From the NCBI GenBank assembly GCA_944367955.1, contig CALVWU010000001.1, positions 2,103 to 66,102 on the forward strand: DNA of 64,000 bases, given 5' to 3'. The translations under genes and the position numbers were made by a program. This document shows, in pieces, positions 1 through 8,747 of the stretch. Origin of the DNA: an uncultured Clostridia bacterium (GTDB lineage Bacteria > Bacillota > Clostridia > Christensenellales > Borkfalkiaceae). The notes below the pieces were generated by a model. The model was not told where the DNA came from. It searched no databases and saw nothing but the letters and a program-made list of their open reading frames with translations. Numbering within the stretch: position 1 is the stretch's first letter; every line of letters begins with the position of its first letter.

Positions 1-924
1 GTGCTCTATGAACATCCCGAAGTTGACTTCCTTGATATGGCAATGCGCTTTATGGATATAAGAAAGCGTGTTTATACCTTCCCCAAGATGGGCGAAAAGG
101 CATATTTCATCGCCATACCCACGTCGGCGGGCACCGGCTCGGAAGTTACGCCGTTTGCCGTAATAACGGATGAAAAGACGGGTATCAAATATCCTTTGGC
201 AGACTATGAACTGTTGCCCGATATGGCAATTATCGATACAGATCTGCACATGTCCGCACCCAAGGGGCTTACCGCCGCTTCGGGCATAGACGCCGTAACT
301 CACGCGCTTGAAGCTTACGCTTCGATGATGGCAACCGACTATACCGACGGCCTTGCAAAGCAGGCACTTAAAGTAATATTCGAATATCTTCCCCGCGCAT
401 ACGATAACGGCCAGACCGACTACGAGGCAAGGGAAAAGATGGCCAATGCCGCAACCATGGCCGGCATGGCGTTTGCAAACGCCTTCCTCGGCGTATGTCA
501 CTCCATGGCGCACAAGCTCGGCGCGTTCCACCATCTGCCTCACGGCGTAGCCAACGCGCTCATGATCGACGAAGTGCTTCGGTTCAACGCTTCGGAAGCT
601 CCCGCAAAGATGGGTACGTTCTCGCAGTACGATCATCCCAAGACTCTCAGAAGATATGCCGAAGTTGCCGAAAGCCTCGGTCTTGCAGGCAAAAACGATG
701 CGGAAAGTCTTGAAAATCTCATAAAGGCCATTGACGAACTCAAAGCAAAAGTCGGCATTAAAAAGACCATTAAGGAATACGGCATCGATGAAAAGGATTT
801 CCTTGCCCGTCTTGACGATATGACCGAACAGGCCTTTGACGACCAGTGCACGGGCGCAAATCCCCGCTATCCTTTGATGAGTGAAATAAAGCAGATGTAT
901 CTTAATGCTTATTACGGAAAATAA
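1..924 (+). CDS. adhE: C-terminal iron-type alcohol dehydrogenase domain of bifunctional aldehyde/alcohol dehydrogenase (5' end outside window)
   Basis: ORF is open at the window edge. Fe-ADH motifs are present (GTGSEVTPFAVITD, CHSMAHKLG..HHLPHG), as is an AdhE-type C-terminus (FDDQCTGANPRYPLMSEIK). Confidence 0.85.
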   Translation: MLYEHPEVDFLDMAMRFMDIRKRVYTFPKMGEKAYFIAIPTSAGTGSEVTPFAVITDEKTGIKYPLADYELLPDMAIIDTDLHMSAPKGLTAASGIDAVTHALEAYASMMATDYTDGLAKQALKVIFEYLPRAYDNGQTDYEAREKMANAATMAGMAFANAFLGVCHSMAHKLGAFHHLPHGVANALMIDEVLRFNASEAPAKMGTFSQYDHPKTLRRYAEVAESLGLAGKNDAESLENLIKAIDELKAKVGIKKTIKEYGIDEKDFLARLDDMTEQAFDDQCTGANPRYPLMSEIKQMYLNAYYGK

Positions 925-938
925 TGGAGGAAAATAAA

Positions 939-1691
939 ATGAGCGATAAAATTTTAGTGGCGGAAATGCCCGGTAAAAGACTTTACCGTGAAGGCGATAC
1001 GGCTATAAAAGAATTTGACGGCGACCGTTATTCGAAGGCTGATATACTCAACGAAGCTCTCAATCAGGCGAGAGTGGAGGAAACCGACCTGAATATTCCC
1101 CGCATCACCGCGGTCGAGGTGGTAAACGGAAAGTGGTCGATTTTCATGGATTACATCGAAGGCGTAACTTTAAACAAGCTCATGCACGACAATCCCGATA
1201 AGGAGGATGAATACCTGAATATGTTTGTCGACTTGCAGCGCACGGTGCTCTCCAAAAAGGTACCCATGCTCAACAAGCTCAAAGACAAGATGCAGGGAAG
1301 GATCAGCATGGCAGATCTCGACGCCACTACCCGCTACGACCTGCATACCCGTCTTGACGCGCTGCCCAAGCACCTCAATCTCTGTCACGGCGACTTCCAT
1401 CCCTGTAACATAATAATTGCTTCTGACGGTACGCCCTACATCATCGACTGGGCGCATGCCACCCAGGGCAACTCGTCGGCAGACGTCGCCAGAACGTATC
1501 TTTCGTTCTATCTCGACGGAAAAAAGGATCTCGCCGAAAAGTATCTCGATCTCTACTGCAAAAAGAGCGATACCGCCAAGCAGTACGTGCAGAAGTGGAT
1601 ACCCATTGTTGCGGCTTCCCGTCTCACCAAGGCAAAGCCCGGCGAGGACGAGTTCCTGCGCTCGTGGATAGGCGTTGTAGATTATCAGTAA
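939..1691 (+). CDS. Phosphotransferase-family (APH/choline-kinase-like) small-molecule kinase
   Basis: Brenner/APH catalytic motif HGDFHPCNIII and IIDW. GGAGG lies 8 nt upstream of the ATG at 939. The track ORF starts at 924. Confidence 0.7.
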   Translation: MSDKILVAEMPGKRLYREGDTAIKEFDGDRYSKADILNEALNQARVEETDLNIPRITAVEVVNGKWSIFMDYIEGVTLNKLMHDNPDKEDEYLNMFVDLQRTVLSKKVPMLNKLKDKMQGRISMADLDATTRYDLHTRLDALPKHLNLCHGDFHPCNIIIASDGTPYIIDWAHATQGNSSADVARTYLSFYLDGKKDLAEKYLDLYCKKSDTAKQYVQKWIPIVAASRLTKAKPGEDEFLRSWIGVVDYQ

Positions 1692-1765
1692 TGCGCACAA
1701 TTATACAAATATAAAAAAAATATACATAAAAATGGGGCTTGCGGTGTTTGCCGGCCTCATTTTTA

Positions 1766-1794
1766 TTGCATTTTAATAAAAAGTAATTTATAAT
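1766..1794 (+). promoter_or_regulatory. sigA-type promoter TTGCAT-17-TATAAT ending 7 nt before the ATG at 1802 (leaderless architecture)
   Basis: -35 at 1766-1771, 17-nt spacer, -10 at 1789-1794. There is no SD between the -10 and the ATG. Confidence 0.55.
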
Positions 1795-1801
1795 AATTTA
1801 T

Positions 1802-2059
1802 ATGTATGAAAAGTTGTGTTTTGTTTGGGTGAATTTTCCCGACGATCCGAATGTGTGCGATATGAAATATTGGTATCTTTGCCCGTTTGAGAATGTGATG
1901 CCCGGCGACAGGGTGATCGCACCGCTCGGCAGGCACAACAATACCCAGGAGGGCGTGGTGTGCGAGGTGCGCTTTGCCGAAGAGTACAGCGCGCCCTTCC
2001 CGATTTATTTGATAAAGAGCATAAGAAAACTTTTAAAGCAGGAGCAGGGCGATGTATAA
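1802..2059 (+). CDS. Hypothetical 85-aa protein, overlapping the start of the nfnA-like gene by 8 nt
   Basis: ORF begins at the predicted transcription start of a consensus promoter. Its stop overlaps the downstream ATG at 2052. No family recognised. Confidence 0.45.
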   Translation: MYEKLCFVWVNFPDDPNVCDMKYWYLCPFENVMPGDRVIAPLGRHNNTQEGVVCEVRFAEEYSAPFPIYLIKSIRKLLKQEQGDV

Positions 2060-2894
2060 GATAATAAAAAAGCGCGTACTCAATCCGACGGTGACTATGA
2101 TGGATATTTACGCGCCGCTGATTGCAAATAAGGGCAGGGCGGGACAGTTTATAATTTTGCGCGTCGACGATGACGGCGAGCGTATTCCGCTTACGATTGC
2201 GGGCTGCGACAAATCCACGGGCACTGTCAAAATAATTTTTCAGGTGGTCGGTGCCACCACGATGGCTTTGAACGCCAAAGCAGAAGGCGAAAGCATATGC
2301 GATTTTGTCGGGCCGCTCGGTTGTCCTACAAAGACCGACGGCATAAAGCGCGTGTGTATAGTGGGCGGCGGCGTGGGCTGCGCGATAGCTTTGCCCGTTG
2401 CGCAAGAGTTTGCGTCGCTGGGTGCCGAGGTGCATTCTGTGGTGGGATTCCGCAATAAGGATCTTGTCATTTTAGAAGAGGAATTCAACGCATGCTCCGA
2501 TAAGCTTATTATAGTAACCGACGACGGCAGCTATGGCAGGCAGGGAGTTGTTACGGCACCGCTTAAAGAGTTGCTTGAAAGCGGTGAACAATACGATGAA
2601 GTGATAGCCATAGGCCCCGTTATAATGATGAAGTTTGTAGTTGAAACGGTGAAACCTTTCGGTGTGCCGGTTACGGTGTCGATGAATCCCATCATGATAG
2701 ACGGCACGGGTATGTGCGGCGGGTGCAGACTGACTGTCGGAGGTAAAACAAAATTCGCCTGCGTTGACGGCCCTGATTTCAACGGGTACGAGGTTGATTT
2801 CGACGAGGCGATGGAGCGTTCAACCATGTATGCCGACTTTGAGAGAAGGGAGAGAGAAGAGGGCTGCAACTTGTTCAAAAAGGAGATGAAGTAA
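2052..2894 (+). CDS. nfnA: Sulfide/dihydroorotate dehydrogenase-like FAD/NAD-binding protein (NfnA-type ferredoxin-NADP reductase small subunit)
   Basis: PyrK-like fold signature: GRAGQFIILR, GGGVGCAIALP, and a C-terminal CGxCR 2Fe-2S motif. AGGAG RBS present. Paired with a GltD-like gene. Confidence 0.8.
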   Translation: MYKIIKKRVLNPTVTMMDIYAPLIANKGRAGQFIILRVDDDGERIPLTIAGCDKSTGTVKIIFQVVGATTMALNAKAEGESICDFVGPLGCPTKTDGIKRVCIVGGGVGCAIALPVAQEFASLGAEVHSVVGFRNKDLVILEEEFNACSDKLIIVTDDGSYGRQGVVTAPLKELLESGEQYDEVIAIGPVIMMKFVVETVKPFGVPVTVSMNPIMIDGTGMCGGCRLTVGGKTKFACVDGPDFNGYEVDFDEAMERSTMYADFERREREEGCNLFKKEMK

Positions 2895-4309
2895 TGGCAA
2901 TAATACCTAAAAGATGCGAAATGCCTGTGCAGGACGCCGCTGTTCGCGCGCATAATTTTAACGAAGTTGCATTGGGTTATACCGTCGAGATGGCTGTTGC
3001 CGAAGCCGGACGCTGCCTCAATTGCAAAAACAAGCCGTGCGTTGAAGGTTGTCCTGTAAATATCGCTATTCCCGACTTTATTACAAAGGTAAAACAGGGC
3101 GATTTTGAGGGCGCGTACAGCGTTATATCAATGTCGTCGTCACTGCCGGCCGTGTGCGGCAGAGTCTGCCCGCAGGAAAGCCAATGCGAAAGCAAGTGTA
3201 CGCTCGGCATAAAATTCGAACCCGTGGCAATAGGAAGACTTGAACGCTTTGTTGCCGATCGTCACAATGAATGCGGCTTAGACAACGATTTGCTTCCCGC
3301 TCCCAACGGACACAAGGTGGCGGTTATCGGTTCGGGGCCGTCAGGGTTGACGTGTGCCGGCGATCTTGCAAAAAAGGGGTATAAAGTAACCGTTTTTGAG
3401 GCCCTGCACGTTGCGGGCGGCGTCCTTGTATACGGTATACCCGAATTCAGATTGCCGAAGAAAATAGTTGCAAAGGAAGTTGACGCTTTAAAGAGATACG
3501 GCGTCGATATTCAAACCAACGTTGTAATAGGCAAAACGCTTACGATAGACGACCTTTTCGATCAAGGTTACGAGGGGGTATTTATCGGTTCGGGTGCCGG
3601 TTTGCCGAACTTCATGGGTATTCCCGGCGAGAGTTTAAAGGGGGTGTATTCCGCCAACGAGTTTTTAACGCGCAGCAACTTAATGAAGGCGTATGCTGCC
3701 GACAGTCATACGCCGATAATGCATGCAAAGCGCGTGGCGGTGATAGGCGGCGGCAATGTTGCGATGGACGCCGCTCGCACTGCGTTAAGGCTCGGAGCCG
3801 AGCATGTATACATAATTTATCGTCGCTCTATGGAAGAGTTGCCTGCCCGCAGAGAAGAAGTTGAGCATGCCGAAGAGGAAGGTATAGAGTTTAAAATACT
3901 CAATAATCCGGTCGAAATTTTGGGGTATCGCAATCCGAATGACAGGCGCGACCCTAAAAACGGATTCGTCACAGGAATTAGAGTTATCAAATGCCGCCTC
4001 GGTGAGCCTGATGAACGCGGCCGCCGCAGGCCTGTGGAAATTCCGGGCAGTGAATACGAAATACCCGTCGACTGCGTTATTATGTCGATAGGCACAAGCC
4101 CCAATCCGCTCATTAAAAACACGACGGCCGGACTTGAAGTCAACAGGCGCGGCGGTATCGTTGTTGAAGAGAACACGGGTAAAACTTCGCGCGACGCGGT
4201 TTGGGCGGGCGGCGACGCCGTGACGGGTGCGGCAACGGTAATCCTCGCCATGGGTGCGGGAAAGACCGCCGCAAGAGCGATAGATAATTATATTTCCGGT
4301 AAGAAATAA
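2894..4309 (+). CDS. nfnB: NADPH-dependent glutamate synthase beta-chain-like oxidoreductase (NfnB type)
   Basis: N-terminal Cys clusters (CLNCKNKPC..CPV, CGRVCP). Two Rossmann motifs (VIGSGPSGL, VIGGGNVAMD). ATGA-type overlap with the upstream gene. Confidence 0.88.
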   Translation: MAIIPKRCEMPVQDAAVRAHNFNEVALGYTVEMAVAEAGRCLNCKNKPCVEGCPVNIAIPDFITKVKQGDFEGAYSVISMSSSLPAVCGRVCPQESQCESKCTLGIKFEPVAIGRLERFVADRHNECGLDNDLLPAPNGHKVAVIGSGPSGLTCAGDLAKKGYKVTVFEALHVAGGVLVYGIPEFRLPKKIVAKEVDALKRYGVDIQTNVVIGKTLTIDDLFDQGYEGVFIGSGAGLPNFMGIPGESLKGVYSANEFLTRSNLMKAYAADSHTPIMHAKRVAVIGGGNVAMDAARTALRLGAEHVYIIYRRSMEELPARREEVEHAEEEGIEFKILNNPVEILGYRNPNDRRDPKNGFVTGIRVIKCRLGEPDERGRRRPVEIPGSEYEIPVDCVIMSIGTSPNPLIKNTTAGLEVNRRGGIVVEENTGKTSRDAVWAGGDAVTGAATVILAMGAGKTAARAIDNYISGKK

Positions 4310-4490
4310 TTTTTGAAACAAACAACATTTTTATAAAAACGTTTGTTTGTGTATTTGTTAAATAGTACAATAATGTTTGATATGACGTGTAGAATTTTGC
4401 GCCATGCTCCGACAGTTTTTTATAAATTAATTGCCATACAGTCTAAATTTATTGATATTTAATTTCTTAATAAAAATTCCTATTCATTGA

Positions 4491-4523
4491 AGCGTGCGGC
4501 GGGTTTGGTTGCCGCACGCTTTT
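4491..4523 (+). terminator. Orphan stem-loop (10-bp GC-rich stem) with a short T-run in the nfnB/hypothetical intergenic region
   Basis: agcgtgcggc-N10-gccgcacgct followed by ttt. No annotated gene ends just upstream. Confidence 0.4.
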
Positions 4524-4678
4524 ACAAAAAAGAATTCACCGAGTGATATTTTTTGTATCTTTACGGTTTCCCGTGAAACGGGCGCAAAAAATATTTTGTT
4601 AATATAAACAATAATTAACGGTCGAAACAAAATGAATAATTTTAAAAATTTAAATAAAAATAAAAGAGGGTGACGATT

Positions 4679-5086
4679 ATGAATTTAAATCAAACCATAA
4701 ACACCGCGACGAGCATAACGGTATATAAAGATAATTCACACATGAATTTTGTAAACGGCAGCGGCGAGTACGAAAAAATCATATCGGCATGGAATGAGCT
4801 GACCTGCGACGCTATACAGATGCCTGCATACGGCGTCAGCATAAACGATATGACGATTGAAGAAAAAAAGCGCGGACTTTGGGTCGAGTTTAATTTTTCA
4901 TCCTCTTGCACGGTCAACGAGCTTCCGTTTGAAAAGTTGCTTGTAAAGGTGGAAGAGGAGTACTGCGGTTTTAATTTAATAAGATACACATCGCCGCAAG
5001 GGTACTTTGGCCGCTGTTTTTATCTTCAACTCGCCGATAAAACAATGAAACCGTTCAGCGAAATCCTATCCGAAATTGAAATATGA
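4679..5086 (+). CDS. Hypothetical protein (135 aa)
   Basis: AAGAGGG RBS lies 8 nt upstream of the ATG at 4679 (track ORF starts at GTG 4670). A terminator follows. No family recognised. Confidence 0.5.
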   Translation: MNLNQTINTATSITVYKDNSHMNFVNGSGEYEKIISAWNELTCDAIQMPAYGVSINDMTIEEKKRGLWVEFNFSSSCTVNELPFEKLLVKVEEEYCGFNLIRYTSPQGYFGRCFYLQLADKTMKPFSEILSEIEI

Positions 5087-5152
5087 TATATTTATGATGT
5101 AATATGTTTGACATAATACACAACATATTGACGTTTTTGTGATTTTGAATAC

Positions 5153-5190
5153 AAAAAAAGACCGACAATGAAATGAGTCGGTCTTATTTA
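5153..5190. terminator. Bidirectional intrinsic terminator between convergent genes
   Basis: aagaccgac-N10-gtcggtctt, flanked by an A-run and T-rich sequence. Confidence 0.65.
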
Positions 5191-5235
5191 CGTTGTTCGG
5201 TTAATTTTAATTAATCAAAATGTGTAATACGCATT

Positions 5236-5490
5236 CTAAGCTTGAACGCGGTTTTTATATTCGGCAATGGCCTTTGAAAGCTGGTCGGGGCAGGAGGTAT
5301 TGTTTCGGCAAAGTACACCCGCAAGCAATTTTTGTACTTCGTCGATGTCTTTTCCCTCAACAAGTCTGCTTATGCCCTGCAAATTGCCGCTACACCCGCC
5401 CACAAACTTTACGTTGTGCAGCTTATTGTTTTCGTCAACTTCAAAATATATCTGGCGGGAACATGTGCCGTTGGTGCGGTAAGTAAACAT
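5236..5490 (-). CDS. TSCPD-domain small protein (TIGR03905-like)
   Basis: 84 aa with GGCSGN and NTSCPDQL motifs typical of the stand-alone TSCPD family. Confidence 0.7.
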   Translation of the reverse strand: MFTYRTNGTCSRQIYFEVDENNKLHNVKFVGGCSGNLQGISRLVEGKDIDEVQKLLAGVLCRNNTSCPDQLSKAIAEYKNRVQA

Positions 5491-5519
5491 GTGATTCTCC
5501 TTTTGCGTCCGAAATTACA

Positions 5520-6044
5520 TCAGTCGCATAAATTTTCATATATTACGGAGTATACGTCCGCTGCTTTTTCTTCCCATTTTTTATAAATTTTATTCGCCGT
5601 CTTTCTGTCGGGAACAACAAATTTTAATTCGAGCATGGGTTGAACAGGTGCCAAAATTTTTAAATATACAGTGTAGGTGCCGTCTTTATTTTGGTAGTAA
5701 TCCGAACGGCATTCCTGTCTGTTGCGGTATTTCGCGCTGTTCTTTTTTACAAAAATCGAAATTTCTTCGCGTACGCTTTTGGGAATATTGATGTAAAAAT
5801 TGGCAAGAGTCTCTCTGCCGTCGGGCGTTATCGTATACAGCGTGTCCTCGTCGCGGTTTACAATGCAAATGAAATTGTCGTCCAAAAGCTTATGAATCAC
5901 ATTCACGCAGTCCATGTAGCCCATCCACTCGTTGGAAGAGGAGCACATGTCCACTATAGTGCGTTCCGAAAGGGCACTTTCCATCTTGTCGAATACGAAA
6001 AGTATTATTAATTTGTTTATGGAAGTTTCACCCGATTTTATCAT
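5520..6044 (-). CDS. DUF4364-like putative winged-helix protein
   Basis: Resembles clostridial DUF4364 proteins that commonly sit beside TSCPD genes. Start chosen at the internal Met (MIKSGETS); the track ORF extends to 6125. Confidence 0.5.
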   Translation of the reverse strand: MIKSGETSINKLIILFVFDKMESALSERTIVDMCSSSNEWMGYMDCVNVIHKLLDDNFICIVNRDEDTLYTITPDGRETLANFYINIPKSVREEISIFVKKNSAKYRNRQECRSDYYQNKDGTYTVYLKILAPVQPMLELKFVVPDRKTANKIYKKWEEKAADVYSVIYENLCD

Positions 6045-6201
6045 GATTATGCTTTTTTCCGTCTCAATTTGTAATTGTGCTGTGACAAGTACAGATATTA
6101 TACATAAAACTTTTGCTAAAATCAAGATATTTGCCTAAAAAATATTTTATTTTGTAAATCTTTGTGTTATAATGGTTTAAAACAATCTCTAAGGTGGTTC
6201 C

Positions 6202-6987
6202 ATGGAAGGGTTGAAATCGCAGGTGAACGATTTTTTAACAAAATGCGCCGAGCTTAAAAACTGTAAATTTATAATGGCTCCCACAAAAATAAAGGATTTG
6301 TTGAAGTCGGTGGTAAACAGCCGCGCGCTTTACGATCTCTTTACTTCGGTTTCCACCGATTTCGATTATGCGGGCGCGAAATCACGCTGTCTTATAGAAA
6401 AAAACGACGGGTACGGGTTGCGCGGCAAGCTTGTTTTGCCCGAATCCTCCCGCGAGAGACTGGCATTCATTTTTTGCCTTTTGGTAGAGATTGACAGAGA
6501 TTCCATCAATTTTAACTGGTTTTTACAGAAATATTTTTCCGACGACGGCAGTTATTACGGCAGTTATCTTGCATTCTGCGAACGCGTCATCGATCCGTTG
6601 GAACGTATAATCCGCGGCGTTTTCGCCAACGATCTCGACGACGAATGCAGGTCTTCCGCGCACGCTGCGGACAAATCGTCGGCGACCTTGCAAACCCGTG
6701 CGAAGCCCGTAGTTTTAAGCAGCAACGCCGCGCAGACCCTTTCGGTAATCAATCTTCTGATAGCGCAGGAAAAACAGTTTATCCTTGAAAGCGCGATTCC
6801 CGCCGACGACAAGGAGACGGGGTATAAGATGCTTACGCAGATTTTCAATTGCTTAAAAGAGCGCGCGTTCGAAGTGGCAAATTCACTCGTCTGCGGTTAC
6901 AATTATTACATATTATACAACAATACGATAAGTTCCAACGTTCAGATACTTTTTGAAAATATCCGGGCTTATGAAGAGATGGCATGA
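6202..6987 (+). CDS. Hypothetical protein (261 aa), translationally coupled to the Nudix gene
   Basis: AAGGTGG RBS. An extended -10 (TGtTATAAT) lies at 6165-6173. The stop overlaps the ATG of the next gene (ATGA). Confidence 0.55.
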   Translation: MEGLKSQVNDFLTKCAELKNCKFIMAPTKIKDLLKSVVNSRALYDLFTSVSTDFDYAGAKSRCLIEKNDGYGLRGKLVLPESSRERLAFIFCLLVEIDRDSINFNWFLQKYFSDDGSYYGSYLAFCERVIDPLERIIRGVFANDLDDECRSSAHAADKSSATLQTRAKPVVLSSNAAQTLSVINLLIAQEKQFILESAIPADDKETGYKMLTQIFNCLKERAFEVANSLVCGYNYYILYNNTISSNVQILFENIRAYEEMA

Positions 6988-7529
6988 ATAATCAAGAGGT
7001 AAAATTGCGGTCAGAACGCGCTTTTAATGGCAGAATCTTCGACGTGGATGTTGACAATGTGCTCTTGCCGGACGGCAGTCGCTCGGTGCGCGAATGTGTG
7101 CGACATCCCGGCGGGGCGGCCGTTTTGTTCATTAAGGACGGCAAAGTCGCTCTCGTCGGGCAGTTTCGGTATCTCTACGGCGTTTCTACTTTGGAGATTC
7201 CGGCGGGACGGCTTGAAAAGGGCGAAGACCCCGCGTGCGCCGCTTTGAGAGAGCTTGAAGAGGAGACGGGGTATCGTGCCGAAAATTGCAGACATCTTAT
7301 CGACCTGTATCCGACGCCGGGCTACACGGACGAAATAATACACATCTATTCCGTCGACGGGGAAAACGCGAAATTTGTGGGCGAAAGACCCGACGAGGGC
7401 GAATTTTTAAATGTAACGTTTGTGCCGCTCGACGATTTGATTAACGACGTGCACCGGGGCAAAATCAACGATGCCAAGACGGTTTGCGCGGTGCTGATGT
7501 ATGAATCTATAAAAAGAGCCGATATTTAA
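6984..7529 (+). CDS. NUDIX hydrolase, ADP-ribose pyrophosphatase-like
   Basis: Nudix box GRLEKGEDPACAALRELEEETGY. Confidence 0.85.
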   Translation: MNNQEVKLRSERAFNGRIFDVDVDNVLLPDGSRSVRECVRHPGGAAVLFIKDGKVALVGQFRYLYGVSTLEIPAGRLEKGEDPACAALRELEEETGYRAENCRHLIDLYPTPGYTDEIIHIYSVDGENAKFVGERPDEGEFLNVTFVPLDDLINDVHRGKINDAKTVCAVLMYESIKRADI

Positions 7530-7536
7530 AACGAGT

Positions 7537-7576
7537 GGCGGGCAGCCCGTTGGACTGCCCGCCGTAAAGTTTTTTA
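7537..7576 (+). terminator. Intrinsic terminator after the Nudix gene
   Basis: ggcgggcag-N9-ctgcccgcc, then a T-run. Confidence 0.6.
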
Positions 7577-7622
7577 TAACTCTGCTTATAAAATATGTGC
7601 TCGAACTTCGGAGTATGTAGCG

Positions 7623-7844
7623 TCAGTTGCAATTGCAGTTGCATCCGCAATCGGAGTTGCCGCAGAACAGGCTGTTCAGCGTTCCGTTTTTCCACATGGT
7701 GTATACGAGAGCTACAAGTATGGGAGTGCAGCTTCCCGAAAGTACGCCTTCAAGACCGTTTTCGGAACAGCTTGACGCAATAAGCAATAAAATAAGTATC
7801 CAGAGGCAGCTGTTACAGCCGCAGAACTGTGAGAATATATTCAT
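7623..7844 (-). CDS. Cys-rich small hydrophobic protein (73 aa) ending in CGNSDCGCNCNCN
   Basis: Strong AGGAGG lies 7 nt upstream of the ATG on the minus strand. Two hydrophobic segments are flanked by Cys clusters. Two overlapping + strand ORFs lack an RBS. Confidence 0.6.
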   Translation of the reverse strand: MNIFSQFCGCNSCLWILILLLIASSCSENGLEGVLSGSCTPILVALVYTMWKNGTLNSLFCGNSDCGCNCNCN

Positions 7845-7966
7845 AAAGTTCCTCCTGTAAATTGTCCGTCCGCAGACAGAAACGCCAAGTTTGCCCTGCG
7901 AACGTTTTTTCTCTATACTTAATAATATTTGAAATGCGGAAAAAATGTTACACCTCGTTCAATCGC

Positions 7967-7995
7967 TTGCAATAAGAATACATAAATGCTATAAT
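7967..7995 (+). promoter_or_regulatory. sigA-type promoter TTGCAA-17-TATAAT for the S-component/coaX/hom operon
   Basis: -35 at 7967-7972, -10 at 7990-7995. Leaves a leader of about 140 nt. Confidence 0.6.
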
Positions 7996-8144
7996 TTAAA
8001 ATAACCCGATAGCGGGTTAAGCAAGATACTTTCGGCGGATATTTTAATAAATCCGACCGTTGGCTGCGTTCTTTGCGGGGCGCGGCAGGTATATTAATTT
8101 TTTTCTGCGGATATTCCCGTAAGGAAATCCGATGGAGGTGTTTT

Positions 8145-8738
8145 ATGAAAAAGGCGAAAAGCGGCTTTTTCACTGCGCGCAACGTCGCCGTTTTAGGCGT
8201 ACTTACCGCGCTCGTAATTATTTTGCAGGCATTTGGTTTGGTTATCGCCATGCCGGGCGGAACGTCGATGTCGTTCGTGCTCGTACCCATACTTGTCGGC
8301 GGCATGATTCTCGGCCCGGCCGCGGGACTCTTTCTCGGTCTTGTTTTCGGCGTCGTAACGCTGTTCGATCCGCTCGCGCTCGCGCTTATGAACTATACTC
8401 CGGCGGTCGCGGTTGTAACGGTAGTTTTAAAGGGCGTTCTCGCCGGCGCGGTGCCCGCGCTCATATTTAAAGCGTTTGAAACCAAAAACAGGTATGCGGC
8501 CGCATTTGCCGCCGCTGTGTCCGCGCCGATAACAAATACCGGTATATTTATTTTGGGCTGTCTGTGTATGCAGGATGCCATAACCGCCTGCGTCGGCAGC
8601 GCGTTTTGGGCGTTTATCGGGCTTATAATGATCAATTTTGCAATAGAGCTGGCTGTAAACGTTGTGCTCGCGCCCGCCGTTTATTCCGTTGACAGGGCGG
8701 TAGAAAAGAGATTTGCCGCTCGCGCCTCGCGCGGGTGA
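8145..8738 (+). CDS. ECF-transporter substrate-specific (S) component, possibly pantothenate-specific by context
   Basis: Six-TM hydrophobic protein of ECF S-component type. GGAGGTG RBS precedes the ATG at 8145. Lies immediately upstream of coaX. Confidence 0.6.
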   Translation: MKKAKSGFFTARNVAVLGVLTALVIILQAFGLVIAMPGGTSMSFVLVPILVGGMILGPAAGLFLGLVFGVVTLFDPLALALMNYTPAVAVVTVVLKGVLAGAVPALIFKAFETKNRYAAAFAAAVSAPITNTGIFILGCLCMQDAITACVGSAFWAFIGLIMINFAIELAVNVVLAPAVYSVDRAVEKRFAARASRG

Positions 8739-8747
8739 GGATTAAAA

